A DNA stretch of 62,851 nucleotides, filler included, from Octopus bimaculoides (GCF_001194135.2; 7 parts of 5 records of this genome joined end to end with filler, not necessarily neighbours in it); one strand, 5' to 3'. Counted from the first letter of the whole stretch, positions 12,113 to 24,608 are shown. The notes: generated from the letters alone by a model not told the origin. Numbers and translations: made by a program.

Positions 12113-12685
12113 NNNNNNNNNNNNNNNNNNNNNNNNNNNNNNNNNNNNNNNNNNNNNNNNNNNNNNNNNNNNNNNNNNNNNNNNNNNNNNNNNNNNNNNN
12201 NNNNNNNNNNNNNNNNNNNNNNNNNNNNNNNNNNNNNNNNNNNNNNNNNNNNNNNNNNNNNNNNNNNNNNNNNNNNNNNNNNNNNNNNNNNNNNNNNNNN
12301 NNNNNNNNNNNNNNNNNNNNNNNNNNNNNNNNNNNNNNNNNNNNNNNNNNNNNNNNNNNNNNNNNNNNNNNNNNNNNNNNNNNNNNNNNNNNNNNNNNNN
12401 NNNNNNNNNNNNNNNNNNNNNNNNNNNNNNNNNNNNNNNNNNNNNNNNNNNNNNNNNNNNNNNNNNNNNNNNNNNNNNNNNNNNNNNNNNNNNNNNNNNN
12501 NNNNNNNNNNNNNNNNNNNNNNNNNNNNNNNNNNNNNNNNNNNNNNNNNNNNNNNNNNNNNNNNNNNNNNNNNNNNNNNNNNNNNNNNNNNNNNNNNNNN
12601 NNNNNNNNNNNNNNNNNNNNNNNNNNNNNNNNNNNNNNNNNNNNNNNNNNNNNNNNNNNNNNNNNNNNNNNNNNNNNNNNNNNNT

Positions 12686-12829
12686 ATATATGACAGGCTT
12701 TTTTCAGTTTCCATCTACCGAATCCACTCATAAGGCTTTAGTCGAAGACACTTGCACAAAGTGTCACGCAGTGGGACTGAACCCAGACCCATGTGGTTGG
12801 GACGCAGGCTTCTTACCACACAGCCACAT
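12686..12829 (-). mobile_element. tRNA-derived SINE, family B (5' part)
   Basis: Reverse complement of the family-B head and body. Confidence 0.8.
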
Positions 12830-13329
12830 AACAATCACAACATGAAATAAAGCATCTTGCTGAAGGACTCGGCATGCTGCTGGATATCGTCATCATGTCC
12901 TCACAATTGTGAGCCGAATATCTCTAACCATTAAGCCATGCACCTTCACAAGAATTTTCTTCTTCTTTGAAATTAATAAACGTCTCTCCTGAAAGTGTCT
13001 CAAAACTTGTGGTGCACCTCGTATATAGGATATTTGTATATGCACACATATGCATACACACACGCATGCACTTGTGTGCACACGTATCTCTTGATGTGTT
13101 GTATTTCCTTAGTAATACTTCTGATTAGGTAATCTCACCAACATTACCCCCACCCCTAATCATCGAACCAATTAGTAATGTAACGAAGATGCTTTTACTG
13201 TGTTAACTTTGTTAATTTTGGCTGTTCTCCAGGGATTTCTTCTTCAAGTCTGCTGAAAGGTGAAGCATTCGAGAGGATGCTTGCCAAAGTATAAGATTAG
13301 CTATCAGTATCAATTAGTCACTGAAAAGT

Positions 13330-13870
13330 GTTCTTGTGTGTGTGTATGTGTGTGTGTGTGTGTGTGTATGTGTGTGTGTGTGTGTCTGTATGTGTGTGTT
13401 TGTATGTGTGTGTGTCTGTGTGTTTTCACGTGTGTGCATGTACATGTTTGTATATTTGTGTACCATGGTGCATGTGTACATACATGTGGGTGTACGTGCG
13501 TGTGTATGCATGTGTGTGTTGGCACGTGTGTGCATGTATGTATTTACTTATTTGTGCACACTGGTGCGTGTGTGTTTGCATACATGTGGGTGTATGTCCA
13601 TCTGTATGTGTGTATGCATGTGTGTGTGTGTGTGTGTCTTTGCATGTGTGTTTGTGTGTTTTCACATGTGTGTGCATGTACTTGCATATTTTTGCACACC
13701 GGTGCATGTGTACATACATGTGAGTGTGTGTGTGTGTGTGTTTACGTGTGTGTGTATCTGTATGCATGTGTGTGTATGTATGTATGTGTGTGTTTGCACA
13801 TGTGTGTGCATGTATGTGTGTGTGTATATGTGCATGCTAGTGCATCTATGTGTACGTGTGTGTGTGTGTA
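13330..13870. repeat. Complex GT-rich minisatellite (unit roughly 100-130 bp); related array at 14580-14890
   Basis: Recurrent ggtgcatgtgtacatacatgtgggtgta and gtgttttcacgtgtgtgcatgta motifs. Confidence 0.85.
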
Positions 13871-14952
13871 GGTGGGTGTTGGACCAGAGAAGTAATCTGG
13901 TAGTTTTTGCTGTTTTCCTTCCTAGAAAGTTTCTCCTATTAAAAATAGAAAGTTGTTATTCTTTTTGGTTTGTAAACAATTGTGACCCCAACACCACCAC
14001 CACCACCACCACCACCACCACCAGCAACACCAGCAGCAGCTGGTGTTGTTGACGTAATAATTCTTACGTAACACATTGCAACAACATAAAAACACTTCTC
14101 TGGAATTGGGTGGAAATAAAACTGCATTTGTGGGGATACCCCAACACTTTTTCACCACCATCTCCTCTTCGCTCTCTGTTTCTCTCTTTTTCTTTCCCAT
14201 TCTATCTCTCCCTCTCTTTGTCTCTTCTCTCTCTCTCTCTCTCTCTTCTAACCCATACCAGCATGGAATGTAGACATTAAATTGTTGATGTTGGTGGTGA
14301 TGATGATGATGATTATTATTAGGATGCCATGCAGTGAGATTGAACCCTCAACTATGTAGTTGGTAAGCAAACACCCTAACCACACAACCATTCTTCTCTC
14401 TCTCTATCTCTCTCTCTCTCTCCCTCTCTCTCTCCCCCTCTCTCTCTCTCCCTCTCTCTCTCTCTCACCTTGCATCTGTCTTCATTCAAATTACTTTCCT
14501 TTGTGTTACACAAAAGGTAGGTAGATAGGAACATACTATTGTCTTAATATATACAGGGTAATTCAAAACTCTCCATATGATGTGTGTGTCTGTGTGTTTT
14601 CACGTGTGTGCATGTACGTATTTGTGGACCCTGGTGCATGTGTACGTACATGTGGGTGTATGTGTGTCTGTATGTGCATGTATGCATGTGTATGTATGCA
14701 TGTATGTGTTTGTGTATTTGTGCACCATAGTGCATGTGTACATACATGTGGGTGTATGTGCATCTGTATGTGTGTGTATGCATGTGTGTGTGTGTATCTA
14801 TGCATGTGTGTTTGTGTGTGTTTTCATGTGTGTGCATGTATTTGTTTGCATATTTCTGCACACCAGTGCATGTGTACATACATGTGGGTGTATGACGATT
14901 ATGATGAGTTAATGAAGTAACTGATTATTTTTTTTAAATTTATATTTTCCAG

Positions 14953-15307
14953 TTTGAAATGATCAAGAAACGAGTAACATTGCATGATATCACACCGGAC
15001 ATGTGGAATGAAGTCGACCAGGATATGATTTGGCAATTCATAGAAGACCCTTCGGTCCATGTGCTCATTATCTATAAGGACCCCCTCAACGGTATCATCA
15101 TCGAACACTGCATCCGAACCGCATTCAATGCCAAACAGCTGTGTTACTTCATTAAAACACCACGCACCAAGGAGGTGACATCAGAAAACTTCCTCAACGT
15201 CATCCAATATGGCAGCGTGAAAGGACCGTCGTTTCTGGAAAGCCTGCTACGAATGCTGTCTGGAGTTTTTGCACCTTTGTTCTTTGAAAACACCACTTGG
15301 CCTGATA
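14953..15307 (+). CDS. DNAH2: Axonemal dynein heavy chain 2 (inner-arm I1/f beta type), N-terminal tail exon
   Basis: Acceptor ttttccag at 14952; translation ...QFIEDPSVHVLIIYKDP...QLCYFIK...ENFLNVIQYGSVKG...SLLRMLSGVFAPLFFENTTWPD matches remembered vertebrate DNAH2 (HFAQDP...QLVYFIR...ENFEATVQFGTVRG...ALLRLLGGVFAPQIFANTGWPE). 355 nt, ends in phase 1. Confidence 0.92.
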
Positions 15308-15719
15308 TTATCCTTTTGATTGCCTTTTAAAACCTTTTGTCACTTATATTTTACTTGTTTTTGTTGTTGGATTGTGGTCATGCTGGAGCACTACTTTGAT
15401 GGGCTTAGGTGAACAATTTGACTCCAGGATTTATTTTTTTCGTTTTGTTCTAAGCTTCGCACTTATAACACAATGTCCGACTTGGCGGATAGATCCTGAA
15501 ATGGATCTATAATACTGTATACTTTGATTAATATACATACATACATACATACATACATAAACACACATGTATATACACATACATATACAAGGATGGGCAA
15601 AAGTAGGTATATTATTTATTTTTTTATGCACCCTTTTAAAGCCTAGCCAGGCTCATGAGCCCTGTTTCCCAGTTTCTATGGCGTATGTGCTCCCCCCAGC
15701 TGGATGGGATGCCAGTCCA

Positions 15720-15910
15720 TCGCAGTGTTACTCAAGAAACAGGAAGAAAGAGTGAGAGAAAGTTGAGGCGAAAGAGTATAACAGGGGTCGCCACCACCCC
15801 CTGCAGGAGCCTTGTGGAGCTTTAGGTGTTTTCGCTCAATAAACATACACAACGCCCGGTCTGGGAATTGAAACTGCAATCCTCCAACCGTGAGTCTGCT
15901 GCCCTAACCT
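15720..15910 (-). mobile_element. tRNA-derived SINE, family A (5' part)
   Basis: Shares cgctcaataaaca...gcccggtctgggaat with 28213-28597, 38524-38916 and 59479-59792. Confidence 0.8.
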
Positions 15911-16005
15911 AGCTTGTCCCCTGAATTTACTGGTTTTGTGGCAAATTTTGAAACCAGTAAATCAGTATTGTAAAGTTATTTAAAACTTGTGTAAAATATG
16001 CCCAT

Positions 16006-16240
16006 GGACATATGGCGTAGTGGTTAAGAGTGCGGGCTACTAACCTCAAGATTCCGAGTTCGATTCCAGGCAGTGACCTGAATAATAATAATAATAATAA
16101 CATCGAAAAATACCTTAGGAATGAGAACCCAGGTTCGAAATTTCCCCAAGACACCTGATGAAGGCTGGAGGGTACATCAACCGAAACGTTGTGTTAACAA
16201 CAAACAAGATGAGGACAAATATCTGTCAAATGTAAATAAT
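16006..16240 (+). mobile_element. tRNA-headed SINE-like element carrying a hammerhead ribozyme (copy 1), inside the DNAH2 U12 intron
   Basis: Box A TGGCGTAGTGG 16013-16023, box B GTTCGATTCC 16058-16067, (AAT)n linker, HHR 16150-16195; second copy at 48830-49085 (minus). Confidence 0.85.
16150..16195 (+). ncRNA. Minimal type I hammerhead ribozyme (helix II has one C-A mismatch)
   Basis: gacac-CTGATGA-a-ggctg[10 nt]caacc-GAAAC-GTT/gtgtt; helix I gacac/gtgtt; palindrome AACGTT in place of helix III. Confidence 0.7.
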
Positions 16241-16421
16241 GTTGTATAAAACTGTTGTGAACAGTTTTCACTAAAACGAAATCTTTTTCTACTCTTGTTC
16301 CTTTACGTTTTATCATAATGGTAGAAGAATATGGCAAAATGGTTTCATGTTTTATTATTTTATTTTTTTGTTGTCCATTTAAAGCAAACAAGAACAAAAC
16401 GTCCTTAACGTTTTCCTACAG

Positions 16422-16586
16422 GCATCAAAAATGATTTCTTTGCCCAGCTCCACAAATTTCTGGCCACTTTGACAGATACTCACTGGAAGCTGGAAGATAA
16501 AACAGTTTTGTATATTCCCAAAGAAAATCTGAATATTCCCATTGAAATTGCTTCCAGGCATAAAGAATTTGTACAAAGATTGGAAA
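16422..16586 (+). CDS. DNAH2: DNAH2 exon
   Basis: (S)IKNDFFAQLHKFLATLTDTHWKLEDKTVLYIPKENLNIPIEIASRHKEFVQRLE vs human SIRNHFASHLHKFLACLTDTRYKLEGHTVLYIP...KDKELVQRLE; 165 nt, phase 1 to 1, donor GTAATT at 16587. Confidence 0.93.
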
Positions 16587-17387
16587 GTAATTATCAATTA
16601 TCATTAACTTCTTGTTGTTCTTTTATTGTTGTTGGTTATGGTTTAGAGCAGTGGTTTTTCAACCATTTTTTTCACAACCATCACAGCATGAAGTGCTCCC
16701 GACGAACGCAGTTTGTTAGACAGTTGTGATCTGAAAACCGTTTTGAGTAGGAACTGGAAAACGAAGAATGAACACACAATTCACATGTGCACGCTGAATT
16801 CATAAAAAGAGAAGAATAAAAATGCAGGCAGACAAAATGGATGGATGAATGGACAGTTTCATTACATTGTTCACAATATCGACGATGTTGTTGAGGTCCA
16901 GGTCAACCACAATCATCCTGTCTTTTTTCCCCAAGACATCATTATGTAACATGTTGTTCCTATTTTAACCCTTTCTCTGTGAAATGAAATTTCATGGCTA
17001 TTCCAGTAATTATGTTAAATGTATGTACCAAAAATTAGAATTGGTGTTTTCTGAAAGTCACATTGCCTCATAATAAACTTGGTGTGTCTCAACAAAAAAT
17101 AGTTTCAAATATGAGATTCCTCAGCAAAAGATAGATTGGGCTATAAAACTGCTTTCTGCAGTTAAGAGTAATGAAATTTTGATTGGTTATATCTGATTTC
17201 TGCATTTAAAAGGATTAACCAATGATAGCATAGCAATAATGATGAGGCTGATTACACTAACGAAATTGATTAGGACATTGGTGACATTTCTTATTCTCTT
17301 TATATTGTAATTAATAAATTTTACCTCTTTCACTGTAAAATTAAATTTTATGGTTATTTCTGTAATAATGTTAAATTGTCTACCAGA

Positions 17388-17436
<49 letters not shown>

Positions 17437-17536
17437 NNNNNNNNNNNNNNNNNNNNNNNNNNNNNNNNNNNNNNNNNNNNTTAATTAATTAANNNNNNNN
17501 NNNNNNNNNNNNNNNNNNNNNNNNNNNNNNNNNNNN
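17437..17536. other. Artificial scaffold spacer
   Basis: TTAATTAATTAA at 17481-17492 with 44 N on each side. Confidence 0.95.
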
Positions 17537-17595
17537 ATATATAATACATACATATATATATATATAATACACATGTATAATACATTTTATATATA

Positions 17596-17627
<32 letters not shown>

Positions 17628-18449
17628 TCAGATAAACACATACACATGCACACATATATTTACTTGGCAGCTCTCAAATCATCTACATTGTCAATTGTCT
17701 ATCAATCTTCACTTTATTCATTCATAAATTTTCCTCTCCACATGATCTCTGTCTCCGTGTATGACATTCTCTCACACGCGCGTGTGTATCCATATTCTTT
17801 CCATGATACGTGAACTATCAACAAGTCCCAATCCTTTTTCTCTCCCAGGAAAAAATGTTCTTTCTTTCATTCCTTCTTTGTCGTCTTTCGTATCGAAGGT
17901 TAACTGTTCGGAGAATTGAACGTTACTCTCCATTTCTTCTTTACAGTAGAACACTAAAAATTGTGCATATATTGTGTACCTTTGTTATGGTTTTGCTTGT
18001 TTTTTTGTTGTTTTGCTTTGCTTCGCTTTGGATCACGAACGTTGGCATTACATTTATCGTTTTTTTATGACATATAGCACTCATTTTTTTACAAAATAAA
18101 AGTTCAAAAAGTTTACCCTTGCTTCTACTTACAAAGTTGGACTGATTTTTTCCCTAACGCTCACTACTGATTTTGTCTCTAACGCTCACTATTATAATTT
18201 TTGATCCAGACAGTCTCTTCAATCTAGTCTGACCCCATGATAATATTTTTACTTACACATTATTATTATGTACCACTAGATTGCTTTAAATATTGCTACA
18301 TGCTTTAATGAACTAAAACATTTTTCTTTGTTCCTCAATATAAATTGCTGAAATTGGGGTGCGTCTACTATAACCGTACGTACGATATATATATCAGAGG
18401 TGAGACATATAAAGAGAGAGAGACATATACACACATATACATGTATACC

Positions 18450-18720
18450 GTCACGGTGGCTATCCGTTTTCCCCTTGCTGTAGATTTGTTATTGACTGAA
18501 AAGCGCAAATTCTGAGACGCAGAACTTTCCACACTGAATGCGTTGTTGTCTTTGGGAGTTTTGGGCGATATGGGTCAGCGGCACATTTTTCCTTTGCTAT
18601 CTTTTTTTTTTCTACAAGTCGTTCTATGTTATCTTGTTGTTTTTTTTTCTCTGATCGACGACTCAACAAGTCTTTGAAGTATTCTGCAGTTCTTCTTTTG
18701 ATCACTTCCTTTCTTCTTCT
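18450..18720 (-). mobile_element. Degraded RTE-clade LINE fragment (region upstream of RT)
   Basis: KEVIKRRTAEYFKDLLSRRS resembles I..RW.EYF..LLN; weaker resemblance to the KA.GPD.IP and KKG motifs. Confidence 0.45.
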
Positions 18721-19072
18721 TCTTCTTCTTCTTCTTCTTAGGAGGAAGAGGAGGAAGAGGAGGAGGTGGAGGAGAAGAGNNNNNNNNNNNNNNNNNNNNN
18801 NNNNNNNNNNNNNNNNNNNNNNNNNNNNNNNNNNNNNNNNNNNNNNNNNNNNNNNNNNNNNNNNNNNNNNNNNNNNNNNNNNNNNNNNNNNNNNNNNNNN
18901 NNNNNNNNNNNNNNNNNNNNNNNNNNNNNNNNNNNNNNNNNNNNNNNNNNNNNNNNNNNNNNNNNNNNNNNNNNNNNNNNNNNNNNNNNNNNNNNNNNNN
19001 NNNNNNNNNNNNNNNNNNNNNNNNNNNNNNNNNNNNNNNNNNNNNNNNNNNNNNNNNNNNNNNNNNNNNNNN

Positions 19073-19110
<38 letters not shown>

Positions 19111-19199
19111 CACATTTATCGAGAGAGATTGAGAGAGAGAAAGAAAGAAAGAATTTGGGCAACTAGGGGGCATGAAATGAATAATTTTTATGTCGTTTC

Positions 19200-19990
19200 T
19201 GAGTTCTCGGTTCTTTATTACTCTTGTCTTTTCCGCAAGCGAACAAAGTTTACTCTAGCACATCAGATCTGAACTGGATCTCGTCATCAATATCAATGTT
19301 AGAAGGCAGTTTACAAAATGGCCGACACTTTTGACAGCCTCTCCCTTTTGATAGAAAATCTATCTTCATCAGATTGACATATTCAATCGAAGTCGTGTAG
19401 ATGTAAGTTCGAACCCTTGGGAATTGGTTTGGGGGTTTTCTAACGAAAGGTTTGCGACAATAATAGTTGTTGCTTGCAAAGTTGTTTTCTTATTCTTGGA
19501 TTTTGGTCTACGAACTTTGAAGAACTTTCTGTCTGTTCTACAGGCAATTTCAATGCTTGATGGAAACTTGTCCCTTGTGAGATGCGTCACCATGGCGATA
19601 AATTCATCGAACAGAGTAGGGCAATAATACGTCACTGTTTTACGCTCTAGTTGATTTGGAAAGGCTTGGATGGTTTACTAGTGACAAGCATCTTTGCAGG
19701 CAGGCGATTATGAAGTTACGAGATTTTGATAAATTTCTCTGGTCAACCAACCGATCAAAGAATGCTCTAAATATCATGATAGACTCTTGAATGCTTTTTT
19801 TTATTTGAAGGCTATATACAGCGGCTGATGTTGTTCCTTATGTTTCACTTACTGGTGATGACCCAAAAAGATCATAGCCGTCCCATGAAATTGGTCGTAA
19901 TCCAGTTTACAACTACAGGTAGGATGGCCTCTGCGACTGGTCCAGTTAATATTTGGTAATCCAAACTAGGACCTTGCGTACGAAGATGAT
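19200..19990 (-). mobile_element. Degraded RTE-clade LINE reverse transcriptase fragment
   Basis: Frameshifted motifs KHKEQHQPLYIAF..KAF, PEKFIKI, SVKQ*RIIAPTLF, FIAMVTHL...IEIACRTDRKFFKVRR match RTE/BovB-like RT in the correct order. Confidence 0.8.
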
Positions 19991-20172
19991 GTAATTGGTG
20001 TTGCTATAAGCACACACGTATAATAATTAAAACTGTTCTTATTTCTATTTTAATGCAGTAATTTATAGAGCTTCGTAAGATTGTTTTATCATATGAAAAA
20101 GTTCACTCGATCGAGACGTCTAGCGGGGGAAGAGTCACATTAGTCGGGTAAGTCACTTGACCTGGACGGGTG

Positions 20173-20227
<55 letters not shown>

Positions 20228-20350
20228 CTCTCTCTGTTTCATATATTAAGATATATATATGTATGTATGCATATATGTATGTATATATGTGTATGTATGT
20301 ATATGTATGTATTTATTATGTATGCATGTATTTATGTGTGTATGCAGGTA

Positions 20351-21207
20351 TTGGATCATCCCATAAATAAAGCGGTTTTTTCAATTGCATAAACTAAAAG
20401 TCGGAGGAGGACAGGATAAACTACCTGCATCAACTTGCTATTAAAACAGATAGTAATTTTACCTTATCCTTATTCTTAGTGCAAGTTTTGAAGAGGGCGG
20501 TTCGATTTTAACAGTTATTTTTTCAAAGCTATAATGGAAGTGACAAAGGAGCATATTTGGCACATTTTGCTTTATGAGTTCCATAAAAGCAACAACATAA
20601 CGGAAAGTGCGAGAAATATTAATGCAGTATATGGGGATCAGACAATAAGTGTAAGCCTGTGTCAACGGTGGTTCCAGAAACTCCGAGTCGGAAACTACAG
20701 CCTAAAAGACGAGCCTCATCCTAGAAGATCTGTAGAGCTCGACGAGGATGGCCTGCAAACCCTGGTTGAACAAAATCCAATCGTACTGTTGAAGAACTAG
20801 CAGAGAAGCTTGGATTTGATCATTCAACCATTCATCGATACTTGCGTGTCATCGAAAAAGTTGGCAAATTGGGTCAATGGGTTTCTCACAAACTTTCCGA
20901 GTCTAATCGCACGCAGAGAGTGAATGTGTGCTCTTCTTTGTTATCACGTCTCACAAATGAACCTTTTTTGGACCGAATAGTGACTGGTGACAAGAAAGGA
21001 GTTCTCTATAAAAATGTCAAGCGCCAAAGACAGTCGGTAGGGAAAGGAGAAACACCGGCACCCTAGGCTAAAGGTCTTCACCCACATAAGATATTGTTAT
21101 TTGTGAGATATGAAAGGTGAGATATGAAAGGTTTAGTCCACTTTGAACTTTTAAACCCAAACCAATTGATAACAAAGGAAATCTACTGCGAGCAGCTTGA
21201 GCAGATG
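20351..21207 (+). mobile_element. Mariner transposon relic (left TIR plus disrupted transposase, 3'-truncated)
   Basis: TA at 20349-50 then ttggatcatcccataaataa; MEVTKEHIWHILLYEF...CQRWFQKLRVGNYSLKDEP, WVSHKL (WVPHEL), FLDRIVTGDKKGVLY, GLHP, GLVHFELL; frameshifts and stops. Confidence 0.93.
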
Positions 21208-21351
21208 AGCTCCTGGATCCTCAGAACTTTCCAGTCCAGAGAGCAAGATGTCATCATTCTCCTCCATTGTGCAGTAACACCTAGAATAATACTGCCCCTG
21301 TGGTCTCCCCACATAAAACAAAACATTACGAGAATTGAGTCATCCCAGAGA
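21208..21351 (+). mobile_element. CR1/L2-type LINE fragment (RT C-terminal region) abutting the mariner
   Basis: WILRTFQSRE...LWSPHIKQNITRIESSQR resembles WILRTF.SR...LWSPH...I..LESVQR. Confidence 0.65.
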
Positions 21352-21959
21352 GNNNNNNNNNNNNNNNNNNNNNNNNNNNNNNNNNNNNNNNNNNNNNNNN
21401 NNNNNNNNNNNNNNNNNNNNNNNNNNNNNNNNNNNNNNNNNNNNNNNNNNNNNNNNNNNNNNNNNNNNNNNNNNNNNNNNNNNNNNNNNNNNNNNNNNNN
21501 NNNNNNNNNNNNNNNNNNNNNNNNNNNNNNNNNNNNNNNNNNNNNNNNNNNNNNNNNNNNNNNNNNNNNNNNNNNNNNNNNNNNNNNNNNNNNNNNNNNN
21601 NNNNNNNNNNNNNNNNNNNNNNNNNNNNNNNNNNNNNNNNNNNNNNNNNNNNNNNNNNNNNNNNNNNNNNNNNNNNNNNNNNNNNNNNNNNNNNNNNNNN
21701 NNNNNNNNNNNNNNNNNNNNNNNNNNNNNNNNNNNNNNNNNNNNNNNNNNNNNNNNNNNNNNNNNNNNNNNNNNNNNNNNNNNNNNNNNNNNNNNNNNNN
21801 NNNNNNNNNNNNNNNNNNNNNNNNNNNNNNNNNNNNNNNNNNNNNNNNNNNNNNNNNNNNNNNNNNNNNNNNNNNNNNNNNATATATATATATTCATATC
21901 TATATATGAAACCATGCAGAAGGCTGTCAAATACATACATGTGCACATTATATGTGGGG

Positions 21960-22500
21960 AAGCATGATCTTCGGACTTTGAGCCTCACAGGGGCAATGAC
22001 TGGTGACCGAGACCTTTTGCGATGTGCCGTGCTTGAAGAGACCCGCAAGCCAAGTGAACCCGTGCTGGTGATACACAAAGAACATCTTTTGAAAGTTGGT
22101 CTTTACGGAGGCAAAGTGACTGAGTTCCTTTCGAGTGTTAGGCCTCACGGATGCAATGACCAAGGCCTTTGGCATTATGTCGTGCTTGAGAAGACCCATG
22201 AAGCTGAGAAAAATCGCAGTCGTGGTAGATACTGGTGTCACGCAAATTGGCACCTGTGCTAGTGGCACGTAAACGCACCCAAGTGTCACGCAAATGGCAC
22301 CCGCGCTGGTGGCACGCAAAAACACCCGTTACACTCTCAGACTGGTTGGCGTTAGGAAGGGCATCCAATCGTATAAAACCATGCCAAATCAGACTGGAAT
22401 CTGGTGCAGCCTTCCAGTGTGCCAGCTCAGTTAAACCGTCCAACCCATGCCAGCATGGACAACAGGCATTAAATGAAGATGATGATGATGATGATGATAT
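21960..22500 (+). mobile_element. Non-autonomous retroelement with RTE-like 3' end and (GAT)n tail
   Basis: ttggcgttaggaagggcatcc...ccaacccatgccagcatgga...(gat)n, a typical RTE-type 3' terminus. Confidence 0.6.
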
Positions 22501-22644
22501 GTATATGATGATGATGATATATTAATATTTAGCAGATTTAACAGAGTGACTCAAGGTCACTCAAAGTTTCGTGTGTTAGCACTTGTTTAATTCATATGAA
22601 TATATTAAACCATGCAGAAACCTGTCAAGTATACACACATGCAC

Positions 22645-22746
<102 letters not shown>

Positions 22747-23491
22747 CACACACACTTCTGCACAGTTTTCATCCACTAAATTCTACTCACAAGTATTGGT
22801 CAACCTAAGGCTATAAGAGCCAAACAATGTACTAACCAGTAAGATTGAACCTGAAACCATGTGACTACAGCAAACTTCTTAACCATAGAGTCACACCTAT
22901 ACATGTGTTTGTGTATGCATGCAAAGAGAAAGAAATGTATATGTCTGTGTGTCTGTCTACAGTCAGCTAGATTATTTATGACCAAGCCCATATGATTTAG
23001 TATCATGTTGAGGTATTCATCTTATGTGAATTCATTTTCTGAACATTCATTTAGTGTAATTAATTAATCAATTAATTTATTTATTTATCTGTTTTAAAAC
23101 TTTTAATATTTTTTTGTAATAGACTTCATAAGTTTCCTCTCATTAATTAACAGATTAAAATTTTTTATCACCAATAATCAGTTTTACATAATCAGGTTTG
23201 ACTTTAGTTATAAATAACAAGATATCTGTCTGTCTGTCTAATTATTTGTATGAGAGTCTGTGTGTATCTATGTATGTGTGTGTGCGTGCATGTCTTTCTC
23301 CACACACACATATATATTCACACACAAACGTGTGAATGAAGTGTGTGTGTGTGCATGTGTATTCTCAGTTTACAGTTGATCATCTTACAGTCAAGTATTT
23401 TGTACATTTGAACAAACACACATATACACACATATGCACACCCATGTACAGATTCAATCACGCATGCACACACACACACACACACACACAC

Positions 23492-23700
23492 AAAGCAAGG
23501 CTGAAAAGTTCCTGGCTTTGGGTAAAAGAAAATACAAGAGGATCACTTAATTATGGGTTTATTCAACATATTCCCTTCTCAGACACTTATTGCAGTGGTC
23601 CTTCAGTTTTTCTAAGTCCTGTAAAAGAACTCGGAAAATTGGACCTCAGCCAGGCCTTTCATGATATCCTCAAAGCCAGGAACTTTTCAGCACCCTCTCA
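23492..23700. mobile_element. Mariner-type MITE
   Basis: 21-bp perfect inverted repeat gctgaaaagttcctggctttg at 23500-23520 and 23671-23691. Confidence 0.8.
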
Positions 23701-24069
23701 TATAGGTAAAACCATATAACCAGTGTATAACTGTATATTTATGTATTTCTTACTTGAACTATTTATGCGTATAATCTTGTAAATGAGTTAAATCTTAATT
23801 TAAATACATTTAAATAGATGAAATCTTAGAATTACCAAAACTAAAAGTTGTGCCCTTTATTTTCAAATTGCTGAACCAACATGATATTATTTTGATTAAC
23901 ATGGGAGCTTTTTATTACTGTTGTTTAACTTCCTAGAAATAACAGTCAAAATTCCTCCAATTCTTACCTAAATGTCTTAAGACAGAAAAGACACATTTAA
24001 TAATGTTGTCTTACATTTATCACTTTTGAAGAGTAATGGTAATAATAATAATAATAATGATAATAATAG

Positions 24070-24274
24070 TTTCAAATTTTGGCACAAGGCCAGCAATTTT
24101 GGGGTAAGGATTAAGTCGAATGTATTGATCTCCAGTGCTCAAATGGTATTTATTTTATCTAACCCAAAAGGATAAAAGGCAAAGATGACTTCGGTGGAAT
24201 TTAAATTAAGAACGTTAGGACAGATGAAATGCCACTAAGTATTTTGTCCTGCATGCTAACAGTTCTTCTAGTTC

Positions 24275-24310
<36 letters not shown>

Positions 24311-24522
24311 CCTTTCTACTAAAGACTCAAAGCCTGAAATTTGGTGGGGGTGAGGACAAGTCAATTATTTGACCCCAGTGTTCAACTGGTACTTATTTTA
24401 TTGACCCTGAAAAGATGAAGGGCAAAATTGACCTTGGCAGAATTTGAACTGAGAATCTAGCAATAGGTGAAATACCACTAAGCATTTCGTCCAGCACGCT
24501 ACCGATTCTGCCAGCTTGCCAC

Positions 24523-24608
<86 letters not shown>

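Larger units (their letters stand above)
15308..16421 (+). other. U12 (minor spliceosome)-type intron with non-canonical TT...AG termini
   Basis: 5' end TTATCCTTT (consensus RTATCCTTT), branch site TCCTTAAC at 16402-16409, 3' CAG at 16419-16421; this junction gives the in-frame WPDSIKNDF (human WPESIRNHF). Confidence 0.8.

Noticed and set aside
13233-13288. Possible extra DNAH2 exon (GISSSSLLKGEAFERMLAK)
   Set aside because: Phase fits the downstream exon but not the 11296 donor; the donor is weak and there is no recognisable homology. Left unannotated.
16006-16075. Functional tRNA gene (also 49085-49015 and the SINE heads)
   Set aside because: No acceptor stem and a poor anticodon stem; these are tRNA-derived heads.
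19314-19326. YY1-like AAAATGGCCG
   Set aside because: Falls inside a degraded RTE LINE.
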